64,000 nucleotides of DNA from Bacteroidota bacterium (lineage in GTDB: Bacteria; Bacteroidota; Bacteroidia; UKL13-3): NCBI GenBank assembly GCA_046309355.1, contig JBKCPL010000023.1, forward strand, positions 7,024 through 71,023, given 5' to 3'. The position numbers and the translations under genes were made by a program. Below are positions 55,969 through 64,000 of the stretch, piece after piece; the stretch's first letter is position 1; each line of letters begins with the position of its first letter. The notes beneath the pieces are model-generated. The model was not told the DNA's origin and searched no databases. It was given only the letters and a program-made list of their open reading frames with translations.

Positions 55969-57168
55969 CTACCAGTCAATCAAGTTGGCCACCTGCGTAG
56001 ACAAGCTATTTTGACCAATGGCAAATCCTTTCATGGTAGGTTCGCACACTATGTATTTTTCATCGTTGAACTGAACATTGCCGTTCATATTTGTACTCCA
56101 ACGCTGTATGGCTACATTAATATGTTGCGCATCTTTGTAATACAAGGCTACTGATTTTAGTCCAAGTACCTCGCGAATCATCGATGCAAACAACATGGCT
56201 TTATCTTCGCAATCTGAAAAACGATTGACCAAGGTTTCTTCCGGAAATGAGAATTTTTCGACACCGTACACGTCTTCATCTTTACGGTAATCGAACGATT
56301 GCTGCGTAAATTTTAAAATAAAATCCACCGCTACTTCAGTTCGCATATCGTATACCGCACGCTTCAACTCCTTTATTAAGGACTGGCGAACGCTTTCAGA
56401 AACTCCGTAATTCAGGTACACTGTATTGATAGAAATAGTGGGCAATTCGCGGTAATACGATGTAAGCGATACATTGATGCGTGCGCTGAAGTAATACATG
56501 AAGCCGTCATACTCAAAAGGTATAATCTGTTTATGGGTTTTTGCACCGAAAGCAGGTGGCGTAAGCATATTCATTACCAACGGCAGTGCATGCGTATGTT
56601 CAGGAATAGATAAGGCCTCTTCTGCTGATGTGTTTTTTTTCTGATCAAAACTTAAATCATAGTACAATTTATTGCCCCGTTGTATAAACAGGCAATTGTC
56701 AATTAAAAAATTGGTACGCGCATAAACGGTTATTTGTCCGTTGCTGAAACCGGCCATTAAATCTATCTGATGTTTGTGCAGCAGTGCCAGCAAAAGCAAT
56801 TGCTTAAATCCTTCCGGTGCATGGGAAAACACCTGTGCATTTACTTTTTTTATCAACATAAGCAATGCTACATCATCCATCGCATACTGCTTTTTTAGTT
56901 GAATAAGCCGGTTGTATAAACTGTCCGTTTCTTTTAATTGCATCAGATGCAGTAAACTGCTTTTGGCCGACTCTACTGTTTGGGTATTTATGTTTACATC
57001 AAGCAATGCAGGCTGCGCTTCAATGCTAACCGTATGACCGTACAAATCAACCAACCACTTCTTAGCCTGCGTATCGGCATTTGCCTTACCTGTAAAGGTG
57101 CAGCACAACAATAGGTATACAAGACGTGTGTATACTTTTATGGCCGATATTTTATATTTGATTTTCAA
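55969..57168 (-). CDS. Secreted hypothetical protein with a C-terminal transglutaminase-like (papain-fold) Cys-His-acid arrangement
   Basis: 399 aa; signal peptide; FSDCEDKAMLFASMIREVLGLKSVAL...AQHINVAI...YIVCEPT matches the C...H...(D/E)PT spacing of transglutaminase-like cores. Confidence 0.45.
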   Translation of the reverse strand: MKIKYKISAIKVYTRLVYLLLCCTFTGKANADTQAKKWLVDLYGHTVSIEAQPALLDVNINTQTVESAKSSLLHLMQLKETDSLYNRLIQLKKQYAMDDVALLMLIKKVNAQVFSHAPEGFKQLLLLALLHKHQIDLMAGFSNGQITVYARTNFLIDNCLFIQRGNKLYYDLSFDQKKNTSAEEALSIPEHTHALPLVMNMLTPPAFGAKTHKQIIPFEYDGFMYYFSARINVSLTSYYRELPTISINTVYLNYGVSESVRQSLIKELKRAVYDMRTEVAVDFILKFTQQSFDYRKDEDVYGVEKFSFPEETLVNRFSDCEDKAMLFASMIREVLGLKSVALYYKDAQHINVAIQRWSTNMNGNVQFNDEKYIVCEPTMKGFAIGQNSLSTQVANLIDW

Positions 57169-57304
57169 TGATTTAGCTATTACTTAACCATAATGTTAAG
57201 CAAACTTAACAATTACTTAACGTAAATAAAAGCATTTTCAGCAAAAAAATTGGGGGTTGGTTGAACCGGCAGTTGGTTAGTTATTTTAAAAAAAAATTTA
57301 TCTG

Positions 57305-57325
57305 CTACGCAAATAGATTGCGTAG
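57305..57325. promoter_or_regulatory. Perfect 8-bp inverted repeat (candidate operator) in the divergent recA / hypothetical-gene intergenic region
   Basis: CTACGCAA-ATAGA-TTGCGTAG; about 105 nt upstream of the recA ATG. Confidence 0.3.
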
Positions 57326-57429
57326 TGCCGAGTGTAGGTTTGTACCTGCATGGTGAGGAATATATTTTTTTGCACATCGCACCAACTTTAATTTGTAACA
57401 CTGAAATTCGAAACATTAACTATTGCATT

Positions 57430-58455
57430 ATGAGCGACAACAAAGAAAAACTGAAAGCACTCCAACTTACGATTGATAAGCTGGAAAAAACATACGGCAA
57501 AGGCACCGTAATGAAAATGAGCGACAAAAGCATTGAGCCTATGGAGGCTTTGCCAACAGGTTCGCTCGGATTGGATATAGCACTGGGCATAGGCGGGTTA
57601 CCTACCGGACGTATCATTGAAATATACGGACCTGAATCATCGGGTAAAACTACCCTCTCTATGCATGCGATAGCCGAATGCCAGAAACGCGGTGGCATTG
57701 CCGCATTTGTTGATGCCGAACACGCATTTGATAAAACCTATGCCGAAAAATTGGGCATTGATGTAGACAATCTGCTTATATCGCAACCGGATGATGGCGA
57801 ACAGGCGCTTGAAATTGCCGATGCACTGATACGTTCGGGTGCCATTGATATAATTGTTATTGACTCCGTTGCGGCTCTCGTACCAAAAGCCGAAATCGAA
57901 GGCGATATGGGCGACAGTAAAATGGGTTTGCAGGCGCGTTTGATGAGTCAGGCACTGCGCAAGCTTACTGGCACAATTAACAAAACAGGTTGCGTGTGTA
58001 TATTCATCAATCAGTTGCGCGAGAAAATTGGTGTCATGTTCGGTAATCCTGAAACAACAACCGGTGGAAATGCCCTTAAATTCTACGCATCAGTCCGTTT
58101 AGATATTCGCAGAATAGGACAGCTGAAGGAAGGAAACGACATCGTAGGTAACCGTACTAAAGTGAAAATAGCTAAAAATAAAGTGGCTCCTCCGTTCCGT
58201 ACGGTTGAGTTTGATATTATCTATGGCGATGGGGTTTCGAAAGTGGGTGAAATCGTGGATTTAGGAGTAGATATGGAAATAGTGAAGAAAAGCGGTTCGT
58301 GGTTTAGCTACAACGATACCAAACTGGGGCAGGGCCGCGATGCGGTGAAGCAGTTGCTGGCCGATAATCCGGAACTGGCACTGGAAATAGAAACCAAAAT
58401 TAAAGAGCGCGCTTTTGGCGGAGGCTATCGTGCCAAAATTGAAGGCGGAGAATAA
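57430..58455 (+). CDS. recA: Recombinase RecA
   Basis: 341 aa from the ATG at 57430 ([12 protein letters not shown]...); GPESSGKTT Walker A; the track's 35-aa N-terminal extension is rejected. Confidence 0.96.
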   Translation: MSDNKEKLKALQLTIDKLEKTYGKGTVMKMSDKSIEPMEALPTGSLGLDIALGIGGLPTGRIIEIYGPESSGKTTLSMHAIAECQKRGGIAAFVDAEHAFDKTYAEKLGIDVDNLLISQPDDGEQALEIADALIRSGAIDIIVIDSVAALVPKAEIEGDMGDSKMGLQARLMSQALRKLTGTINKTGCVCIFINQLREKIGVMFGNPETTTGGNALKFYASVRLDIRRIGQLKEGNDIVGNRTKVKIAKNKVAPPFRTVEFDIIYGDGVSKVGEIVDLGVDMEIVKKSGSWFSYNDTKLGQGRDAVKQLLADNPELALEIETKIKERAFGGGYRAKIEGGE

Positions 58456-58475
58456 ATTTGCTCTCTCCTATGTTG

Positions 58476-58512
58476 CGCGTCAGGCGTTGCACTTCGTACA
58501 ACGCCTGACGCG
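58476..58512 (+). terminator. Strong hairpin terminator after recA (may also serve the convergent DUF962 gene)
   Basis: CGCGTCAGGCGTTG-(9-nt loop)-CAACGCCTGACGCG, a 14-bp perfect stem, then TTTATATT on the + strand. Confidence 0.7.
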
Positions 58513-58518
58513 TTTATA

Positions 58519-58992
58519 TTAATACGCTATACCTGCTTTCTTGTATAGAAAACTCATCAGCCAGGCTGGGCCTATAAGTAAAAACTGAATATCCTTTAAA
58601 AATGAAGGCTTCTTCCCTTCTATTTTATGCCCTATAAATTGCCCAATCCACGCTACCGAAAAAATACATAATGAACTAACCCAAAGTGGAGTAGCTAAGG
58701 CTGAAAGCTGATGTGCAAGCGCTACACACACTACACTAAAAACGCCCATACCCAATGCCAACGGTTTAGATAAGCGTAGGTAAAATAGCAGTACAAATAC
58801 AATAGCAACGGTTGACGCGGTAATATTGTACCGCTCGTGTTCGCTTATGGAAAATGATACCTTGGGAAGCGTAAGTAAACATACCACACTGAAGTATATA
58901 GCCGGAATGCAAATCCAGTGAATTAACTTATTCAACTTATTTGTGTGGCTTTCGGCATACTCGTTAAACCATTCGTGTATCGATTTGCTCAT
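58519..58992 (-). CDS. DUF962 (Mpo1-like) membrane protein
   Basis: 157 aa; ...YAESHTNKLNKLIHWICIP... and GQFIGHKIEGKKPSF motifs as I recall for DUF962. Confidence 0.7.
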   Translation of the reverse strand: MSKSIHEWFNEYAESHTNKLNKLIHWICIPAIYFSVVCLLTLPKVSFSISEHERYNITASTVAIVFVLLFYLRLSKPLALGMGVFSVVCVALAHQLSALATPLWVSSLCIFSVAWIGQFIGHKIEGKKPSFLKDIQFLLIGPAWLMSFLYKKAGIAY

Positions 58993-59034
58993 TGATGTTG
59001 TTTTTAGTTACACAAGTATACATATATTCGTACA

Positions 59035-59166
59035 ATGCGTAATACGCTTGTTGTATTCACCTTGCTTGGCATAGCTATTTGTAGTTATGCCCAATATTTC
59101 AAAGACAGTAAAGATATATTGAGTCTTAAGTTTCGGCTTTTAGATAAATGCCAATATGACAAATAG
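59035..59166 (+). CDS. Speculative 43-aa ORF with a signal-peptide-like N-terminus
   Basis: My translation: MRNTLVVFTLLGIAICSYAQYFKDSKDILSLKFRLLDKCQYDK*; no homology recognised; lies in the A/T-rich islet. Confidence 0.15.
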   Translation: MRNTLVVFTLLGIAICSYAQYFKDSKDILSLKFRLLDKCQYDK

Positions 59167-59209
59167 ATTAAAGTAGAATAAATTTTGATTAACATTTCAA
59201 AAAAAGAAA

Positions 59210-59734
59210 ATGAAAAAGAACCAATTAACAATAACTACCTCCAGTATAGTGTCATATGCTGGGATTAAAACGATTGAAAATAAGATTGATCCTTTTACAA
59301 GAATGTTATTAGGACTTCTCGCAACAGTTGGTTTATCACTTTCAGAAAACCAAACTACCAGAAATATAGGATTAGGGCTTGGTATTGCATCTTTGCTTCA
59401 GTTGTTAGACATAAAAAAAGGAGGAAAAATAACACGGAATGATTCAAATATTCAATTTTATGTTTTAGATGAGAATCAAGGCGTGACAATATTAGAGCCC
59501 GGCCAAACGCCAAGTAATTCCATTGATGGATTAACATTCAAAGGTTTAAATGGCGTTTTTAAAGTGTCTGATGGTGTGTACATTGAATTGGGAAATGACA
59601 ACAGTATCAATTATTCGTTTGGACTTGGGAAGCTAATAAATCAGAATTTAAGAAGTGGGGGCTATAAGTCAAAACAATGGGTTGACCAGCAAACCGATCT
59701 TCGATGGAAAGAATTATACAGAAAATCTATTTAA
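59210..59734 (+). CDS. Orphan hypothetical protein in an A/T-rich islet
   Basis: 174 aa; two hydrophobic Gly/Leu-rich segments, then a polar Asn/Gly-rich domain; no family recognised. Confidence 0.4.
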   Translation: MKKNQLTITTSSIVSYAGIKTIENKIDPFTRMLLGLLATVGLSLSENQTTRNIGLGLGIASLLQLLDIKKGGKITRNDSNIQFYVLDENQGVTILEPGQTPSNSIDGLTFKGLNGVFKVSDGVYIELGNDNSINYSFGLGKLINQNLRSGGYKSKQWVDQQTDLRWKELYRKSI

Positions 59735-60918
59735 TACTGGGCATAACAGTAAATTGGCAATTAGGCGCGGTTTCGTCTCCGCTTGACAGTTTTGTGGTAG
59801 CCGAAAGTTCAGTGCTCCGAACTACCTTTAGTGTTAAAAATCCCGCCTATCGCCAATCTGCAAAACGTTATGGGCAGGATAGTTCGAACACATTTACCTG
59901 GAGCGCCTATGGCGAATTTTATGCCTCGATAGATGCTATTGAACCGCGTACAAACCAAAACAGTTTACCCTTTTTAGTTAACCACAAGCAGATAAACAAT
60001 GTGGGTGTAAACATTGCCCTGGTACGCACACATTATTCAAATGGCAACACACGTGCCAATGCCGGTATAATGTTTGGCGATTATTCGCGTTACAACCTGG
60101 GCGCAGAGGATATGAGTTTGCGCAATATATATGAGCTCAATGCCGGTGTTAAATTATTAAAAAATGATAACCTGTGGCTGGATGCAGGTGTATTCGAATC
60201 GTATCTGGGTTTTGAAAGTCCACTGGGTGTAAACAATGCAACGCTAACACGCAGCATGTTTGCCGAGAATTCTCCCTATTATCTCTCTGGCGTCAGGTTG
60301 CAATTTACTTCACGCGATTCGAGAATACTTTTTAGCGGATATTACCTGAATGGCTGGCAGCGTATGGTCAGACCGAACGGAATGCGAGGCACCGCATGGG
60401 GCATGCATTTTGTATTTATGCCTACGCGCAATACGACTATTTCGTATGGTACATTTTGGGGAGGCGATGGTTTTAAACAGCAACTTCAGCGCTCCAATTA
60501 CAAACGCTGGTTCAATGATGTGTATGTTTTATTTTTCCCTATCAGAAAAGTAGAAACAGGCGTTTTGTGCGACTACGGCATTGATTATGCTGATAGCCGA
60601 CCCACCTACAGCTGGTATACAGTGAATGGATTTGTAAAGTATAAATTTACTCCTCGATTTAGTGTAACCGGTCGCGCTGAACGCTTCAGCGACCCAAACT
60701 ATACGGTGCTGACAACCTTCAGCCCTGCCATTAGCAACGCTACCCGATTTTTAATGCATGCCTATTCACTTAACATTGATATGAAACTAAATGAGCACGT
60801 AACATTTCGTACAGAAGCCCGTGCATTTGAATCAAGTGATTACAATTTAGTAGGTAAACGCAGCAAGCCGGTTAACAGTACTCAAGTTTATACTGCATCA
60901 CTGTGTGTGCGATTTTAG
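59704..60918 (+). CDS. Outer-membrane beta-barrel porin (BBP2 / OmpL-like family)
   Basis: 404 aa; LWLDAGVFESYLGFES...NSPYYLSGVRLQFTS...LNGWQRM match my memory of the BBP2 family; C-terminal Phe. The start is uncertain (weak signal peptide, 31-nt overlap with the upstream ORF). Confidence 0.65.
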   Translation: MERIIQKIYLILGITVNWQLGAVSSPLDSFVVAESSVLRTTFSVKNPAYRQSAKRYGQDSSNTFTWSAYGEFYASIDAIEPRTNQNSLPFLVNHKQINNVGVNIALVRTHYSNGNTRANAGIMFGDYSRYNLGAEDMSLRNIYELNAGVKLLKNDNLWLDAGVFESYLGFESPLGVNNATLTRSMFAENSPYYLSGVRLQFTSRDSRILFSGYYLNGWQRMVRPNGMRGTAWGMHFVFMPTRNTTISYGTFWGGDGFKQQLQRSNYKRWFNDVYVLFFPIRKVETGVLCDYGIDYADSRPTYSWYTVNGFVKYKFTPRFSVTGRAERFSDPNYTVLTTFSPAISNATRFLMHAYSLNIDMKLNEHVTFRTEARAFESSDYNLVGKRSKPVNSTQVYTASLCVRF

Positions 60919-60923
60919 TTCTA

Positions 60924-61781
60924 CTAATGATAGGTGTTGAAAATCTCATCGGCCAGCAACATGGCACTATGTAATGCAGGCAAATTCAATTTCGGTTCAT
61001 GAAGTTCAGAAAAATAAGTGATCATGTTTTCGGTAGGCATATTTCCGGTTAGCGTATCGGCAGCCATCGGACAACCGCCAAATCCTTTTAAAGCTCCGTC
61101 AAATCTGCGACAGCCACTTTTGTATGCAGCATCCACTTTAGGGCGCCAACTGTCGGGTGTGGTGTGCAGGTGGGCACCAAATTCTATTTCAGGAAAATGA
61201 GGGATGAGCGATGAAAACAAATACGTAATACTTTCAGGATTGGCTACACCTATGGTATCGCTCAATGCCAAGGTTCGAATTCCCACTCGTTGCATCTGTT
61301 CAACCCAATATTCGACCACATCTGTATTCCATGCATCACCATAAGGATTGCCAAAACCCATGGACAGGTATACTACGAGATCCTTGCCCGATTTTTCGCA
61401 TAGAGACTGCATCTGTTTCACATTATCGAACGCCTGTATCATAGTTTGATTCGTATTTCGCATCTGAAACGTTTCAGATACTGAAAACGGAAATCCAATA
61501 TAGCGAATAGCCGCATGCGTTATGGCGTCTTCTGCCCCTCTCATATTGGCAACAATAGCCAGTAATCGCGTAGCCGTTTTGTCAATTTGCAAACCTTCCA
61601 GCACCTCAGCTGTATCGGCCAGTTGGGGGATAGCTTTAGGAGAAACAAAACTGCCAAAATCAAGTGTATCAAAACCCACCTGTAGCAGTGCATTGAGATA
61701 ATTAATCTTTACTTCAGTTGGGATAAAAGATTTAATTCCCTGCATGGCATCGCGGGGGCACTCCACAAGTTTTACAGTCAT
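60924..61781 (-). CDS. Hydroxymethylglutaryl-CoA lyase
   Basis: 285 aa; VKLVECPRDAMQG start and HLHTT..., GCP motifs of HMGL-like TIM barrels. Confidence 0.85.
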   Translation of the reverse strand: MTVKLVECPRDAMQGIKSFIPTEVKINYLNALLQVGFDTLDFGSFVSPKAIPQLADTAEVLEGLQIDKTATRLLAIVANMRGAEDAITHAAIRYIGFPFSVSETFQMRNTNQTMIQAFDNVKQMQSLCEKSGKDLVVYLSMGFGNPYGDAWNTDVVEYWVEQMQRVGIRTLALSDTIGVANPESITYLFSSLIPHFPEIEFGAHLHTTPDSWRPKVDAAYKSGCRRFDGALKGFGGCPMAADTLTGNMPTENMITYFSELHEPKLNLPALHSAMLLADEIFNTYH

Positions 61782-61868
61782 TAGTTGGCTATTATTTTCA
61801 CTTCAAATTTACCCCTTATTTCTACAATATTTCCTTACCTTTGGCATCCTTTTGTGAATCATAAGATT

Positions 61869-63827
61869 ATGAGTGAGAATTTGAACTCTGAAATGCTCAG
61901 CACGACTGATGGTCAGCCGGAGCTGAATCCTTTACCATCTGCTGAAGTACGCATGTCTGAAAGTACTGCTGCAGATACAACTGAAGAAATCCGTATCACA
62001 ACACTTGACATGGCTGAAGATGCAGAGCATAATGCCGATGATCAGGAATTGGACCAACTGGATGAAGAAGAACATACCGTTCGTTTTAATACGCTAAGCA
62101 AAGACGAACTGATAGCAGAAGCCCGTAAGTTGTTGGACGAAACTGATACAGAAGCTGCTTTAAAAACATTAAAGTCGGTAAAGCTTGCTTTGGATGTTGC
62201 ACTGCAGGAAGAGTATAATACGGCATTGAATACATTTATAGAAGAAGGTGGCGAAAAGGATGATTTTGAATTTAAATCAAATCTGTCGATACGTGATACG
62301 TTTGACGATGTTTACCGCACGCTGAAAAAGCGCAAAGCCGATGAAAAAGCTCGTCAGGAAGCTGAAAGGCTAGAAAACCTGAAAAAGAAAGAAGAAATTC
62401 TGGGGCGTATTAAGCAGTTAGCAGAAGAAGAAGAAAACGAGGGCAGCCTGAAACAGTTGAAAGAACTGCAAACAGAATTTAAGCAGATACGTAATATTCC
62501 TAAAGAGCACGTTGACCGACTGTGGGAGACGTACCATATTCTGGTACATAAATTCTACGACAGACTTTCAATATTCAATGAGTTAAAAGACCTTGACCGC
62601 AAAAAGAACCTGGGCCTAAAAATCGATTTGATACAAAAGGTTTCTGAATTAACGCAGGAAACAAGTGCAAAACGTGCCATTATTTTACTTAAAAAGTACC
62701 AGGAAGAATGGCGAGGCATTGGGCCAGTACCGGCCGAGTCGAACGATGAAATATGGAACCGCTTCAGGCAACAATGCGATGCTGTGTACAGCATGATTAA
62801 AGCTGTGCAGGCCGAGCAAGAAAAAATTCGTGAAGCTAACCTCGAAGCTAAAAAGGCTGTTCTTGTACAAGCACTCGAACTGTCAAACTTCAATTCGCAA
62901 AAGCCCAAGGAATGGGTACAGCAAACGGATACTGCAAACCGGTTGATGGAAGAATGGAAGAAAATAGGCATGGTTCCACTTAAACAGCGTGAATCATTGT
63001 GGGACGAATTTCGTAATGCCCGCAACCGTTTTTATGCAAACAAAAATACCTTTTTCAAAACCCTGCAGGCCGAGCGTACTAAAAACCTAAAGCTAAAAAC
63101 AGATTTGTGCGAAAAAGCCGAAGCCATTGCTGCCAATCCGGTAGATTGGATGAAGCAAACCGATGAATTGAAAAAACTGCAGGATACATGGAAAAATGTC
63201 GGGTACATACATGACAAGTTATCTGAACCCATTTGGAAACGTTTTCGTACAGCCTGTGATTTATTTTTTGAGAAAAAGGCTGCTCACTTTGCAACACAGG
63301 TAGAGGAGCAAAAGCAAAACCTGGTGGCAAAGCAATCGCTTATTTTGCAGTTGGAGGCCTTGCTGAACAAAGAAGACGGTCCGGGCATTATTGATGAGCT
63401 AAAAAACATTCAGGAAAACTGGAACAAGTTGGGATTTGTACCGCTCAGCGAAAAAGAAAAAATAAGTAAGCAGTACAATGAGTTGAACGATAAAGTATTT
63501 CAAAAATTCAAACAAGCCAGTGATGCCGTAAAAACTATACGCGAGCAAGGTCACCTCGAGGCATTGCTTCAATCACCGAACGGATTGCAAAAAGTGAAAC
63601 GCGAAGAGCGTATTCTGATTGAACGCATAAAAGGCCTTCAAAACGATATACTCACCTGGGATAACAACATGGGCTTTTTCAGCAAAGGCAATAAGGGTGA
63701 AAATCCAATGGCTAAACAGATTGAAGAAAAAATAGCTGTAGCTCAAAAGCACATGGCCCAGCTCGAAGAAAAACTCAAACGCATTCGTTCTATTATTAAA
63801 AACGCTTCTAGTTACCCGCAGGCATGA
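61869..63827 (+). CDS. DUF349 repeat protein
   Basis: 652 aa from the ATG at 61869 (MSENLNSEM...); acidic N-terminus; repeated helical units ending in W-x-x-(I/V/L)G motifs (EEWRGIGPVP, EEWKKIGMVP, DTWKNVGYI, ENWNKLGFVP). Confidence 0.8.
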   Translation: MSENLNSEMLSTTDGQPELNPLPSAEVRMSESTAADTTEEIRITTLDMAEDAEHNADDQELDQLDEEEHTVRFNTLSKDELIAEARKLLDETDTEAALKTLKSVKLALDVALQEEYNTALNTFIEEGGEKDDFEFKSNLSIRDTFDDVYRTLKKRKADEKARQEAERLENLKKKEEILGRIKQLAEEEENEGSLKQLKELQTEFKQIRNIPKEHVDRLWETYHILVHKFYDRLSIFNELKDLDRKKNLGLKIDLIQKVSELTQETSAKRAIILLKKYQEEWRGIGPVPAESNDEIWNRFRQQCDAVYSMIKAVQAEQEKIREANLEAKKAVLVQALELSNFNSQKPKEWVQQTDTANRLMEEWKKIGMVPLKQRESLWDEFRNARNRFYANKNTFFKTLQAERTKNLKLKTDLCEKAEAIAANPVDWMKQTDELKKLQDTWKNVGYIHDKLSEPIWKRFRTACDLFFEKKAAHFATQVEEQKQNLVAKQSLILQLEALLNKEDGPGIIDELKNIQENWNKLGFVPLSEKEKISKQYNELNDKVFQKFKQASDAVKTIREQGHLEALLQSPNGLQKVKREERILIERIKGLQNDILTWDNNMGFFSKGNKGENPMAKQIEEKIAVAQKHMAQLEEKLKRIRSIIKNASSYPQA

Positions 63828-64000
63828 TGTATCGCGCAATGCGATGGTTAGCATTTCAGGCAAATGCCACACGTATTGATGTGTTGCATTCTCCATTTGT
63901 ATTTAAGCTTTACCAAAATGCCCTTAAGCGAAACAAACAGTTTGCATCCAGTTCGTTTTCTACGGGTTACCGAATTACACCACAACAGCAGCGTTTATGT
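63824..64000 (+). CDS. Probable class I SAM-dependent methyltransferase, N-terminal fragment (runs off the window)
   Basis: My translation: MMYRAMRWLAFQANATRIDVLHSPFVFKLYQNAL...; ATGA overlap with the DUF349 stop. The HSPFVF segment resembles the N-terminus of a Bacteroidota methyltransferase family (from memory). Confidence 0.4.
   Translation, partial: MMYRAMRWLAFQANATRIDVLHSPFVFKLYQNALKRNKQFASSSFSTGYRITPQQQRLC

Noticed and set aside
62555-63025. 156-aa ORF on the - strand
   Set aside because: It is antisense to the DUF349 repeat gene, so it is a shadow ORF.
1-64000. Scanned intergenic regions for tRNA/rRNA/tmRNA-like sequences, CRISPR repeats, transposase/integrase genes, toxin-antitoxin pairs and defence-system hallmarks
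   Set aside because: None found by eye. All long ORFs are accounted for by housekeeping or envelope functions. A computational scan (tRNAscan-SE, Infernal/Rfam, CRISPR finders) is still advisable.

Overview
This window looks like a chromosomal segment of a Bacteroidota genome, possibly Chitinophagia/Sphingobacteriia/Cytophagia-like. I infer that from gene content, TAnnTTTG-type promoter boxes, a T9SS C-terminal sorting domain and XrtF; no database search was possible.

Bases 1-13.9 kb are one uninterrupted S10-spc-alpha ribosomal-protein cluster: rpsJ fragment, rplC through rplO, secY, infA, rpmJ, rpsM-rpsK-rpsD, rpoA, rplQ, then a clean intrinsic terminator.

The rest is mostly single-copy housekeeping genes: fmt, rpsA, pyrR-pyrB, trpS, gatB, purC, phoH, recG, prmC, ribD, recA, miaE and an HMG-CoA lyase. 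Envelope and membrane genes are interspersed: LolE-like permease, DUF1343, MscS, M16 peptidase plus OmpA-family protein, T9SS metalloprotease, BBP2-type porin, and a two-component pair.

I found no rRNA, tRNA, CRISPR array, transposase or integrase.

The best candidate for an undescribed system is at 19.2-22.1 kb:
- a 60-aa secreted mini-protein ending in a PEP-CTERM-like tripartite sorting signal;
- an intrinsic terminator/attenuator directly after it;
- then overlapping genes for exosortase XrtF, its partner membrane protein, and an HTTM (vitamin-K-carboxylase-like) membrane enzyme.

Secondary leads:
- a three-gene metal-type outer-membrane cluster (27.1-30.3 kb) in which every product has a vicinal Cys-Cys pair;
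- a structured 130-nt spacer ahead of rpsH;
- a small A/T-rich orphan islet at about 59.0-59.7 kb;
- a secreted transglutaminase-fold protein;
- a palindrome upstream of recA.
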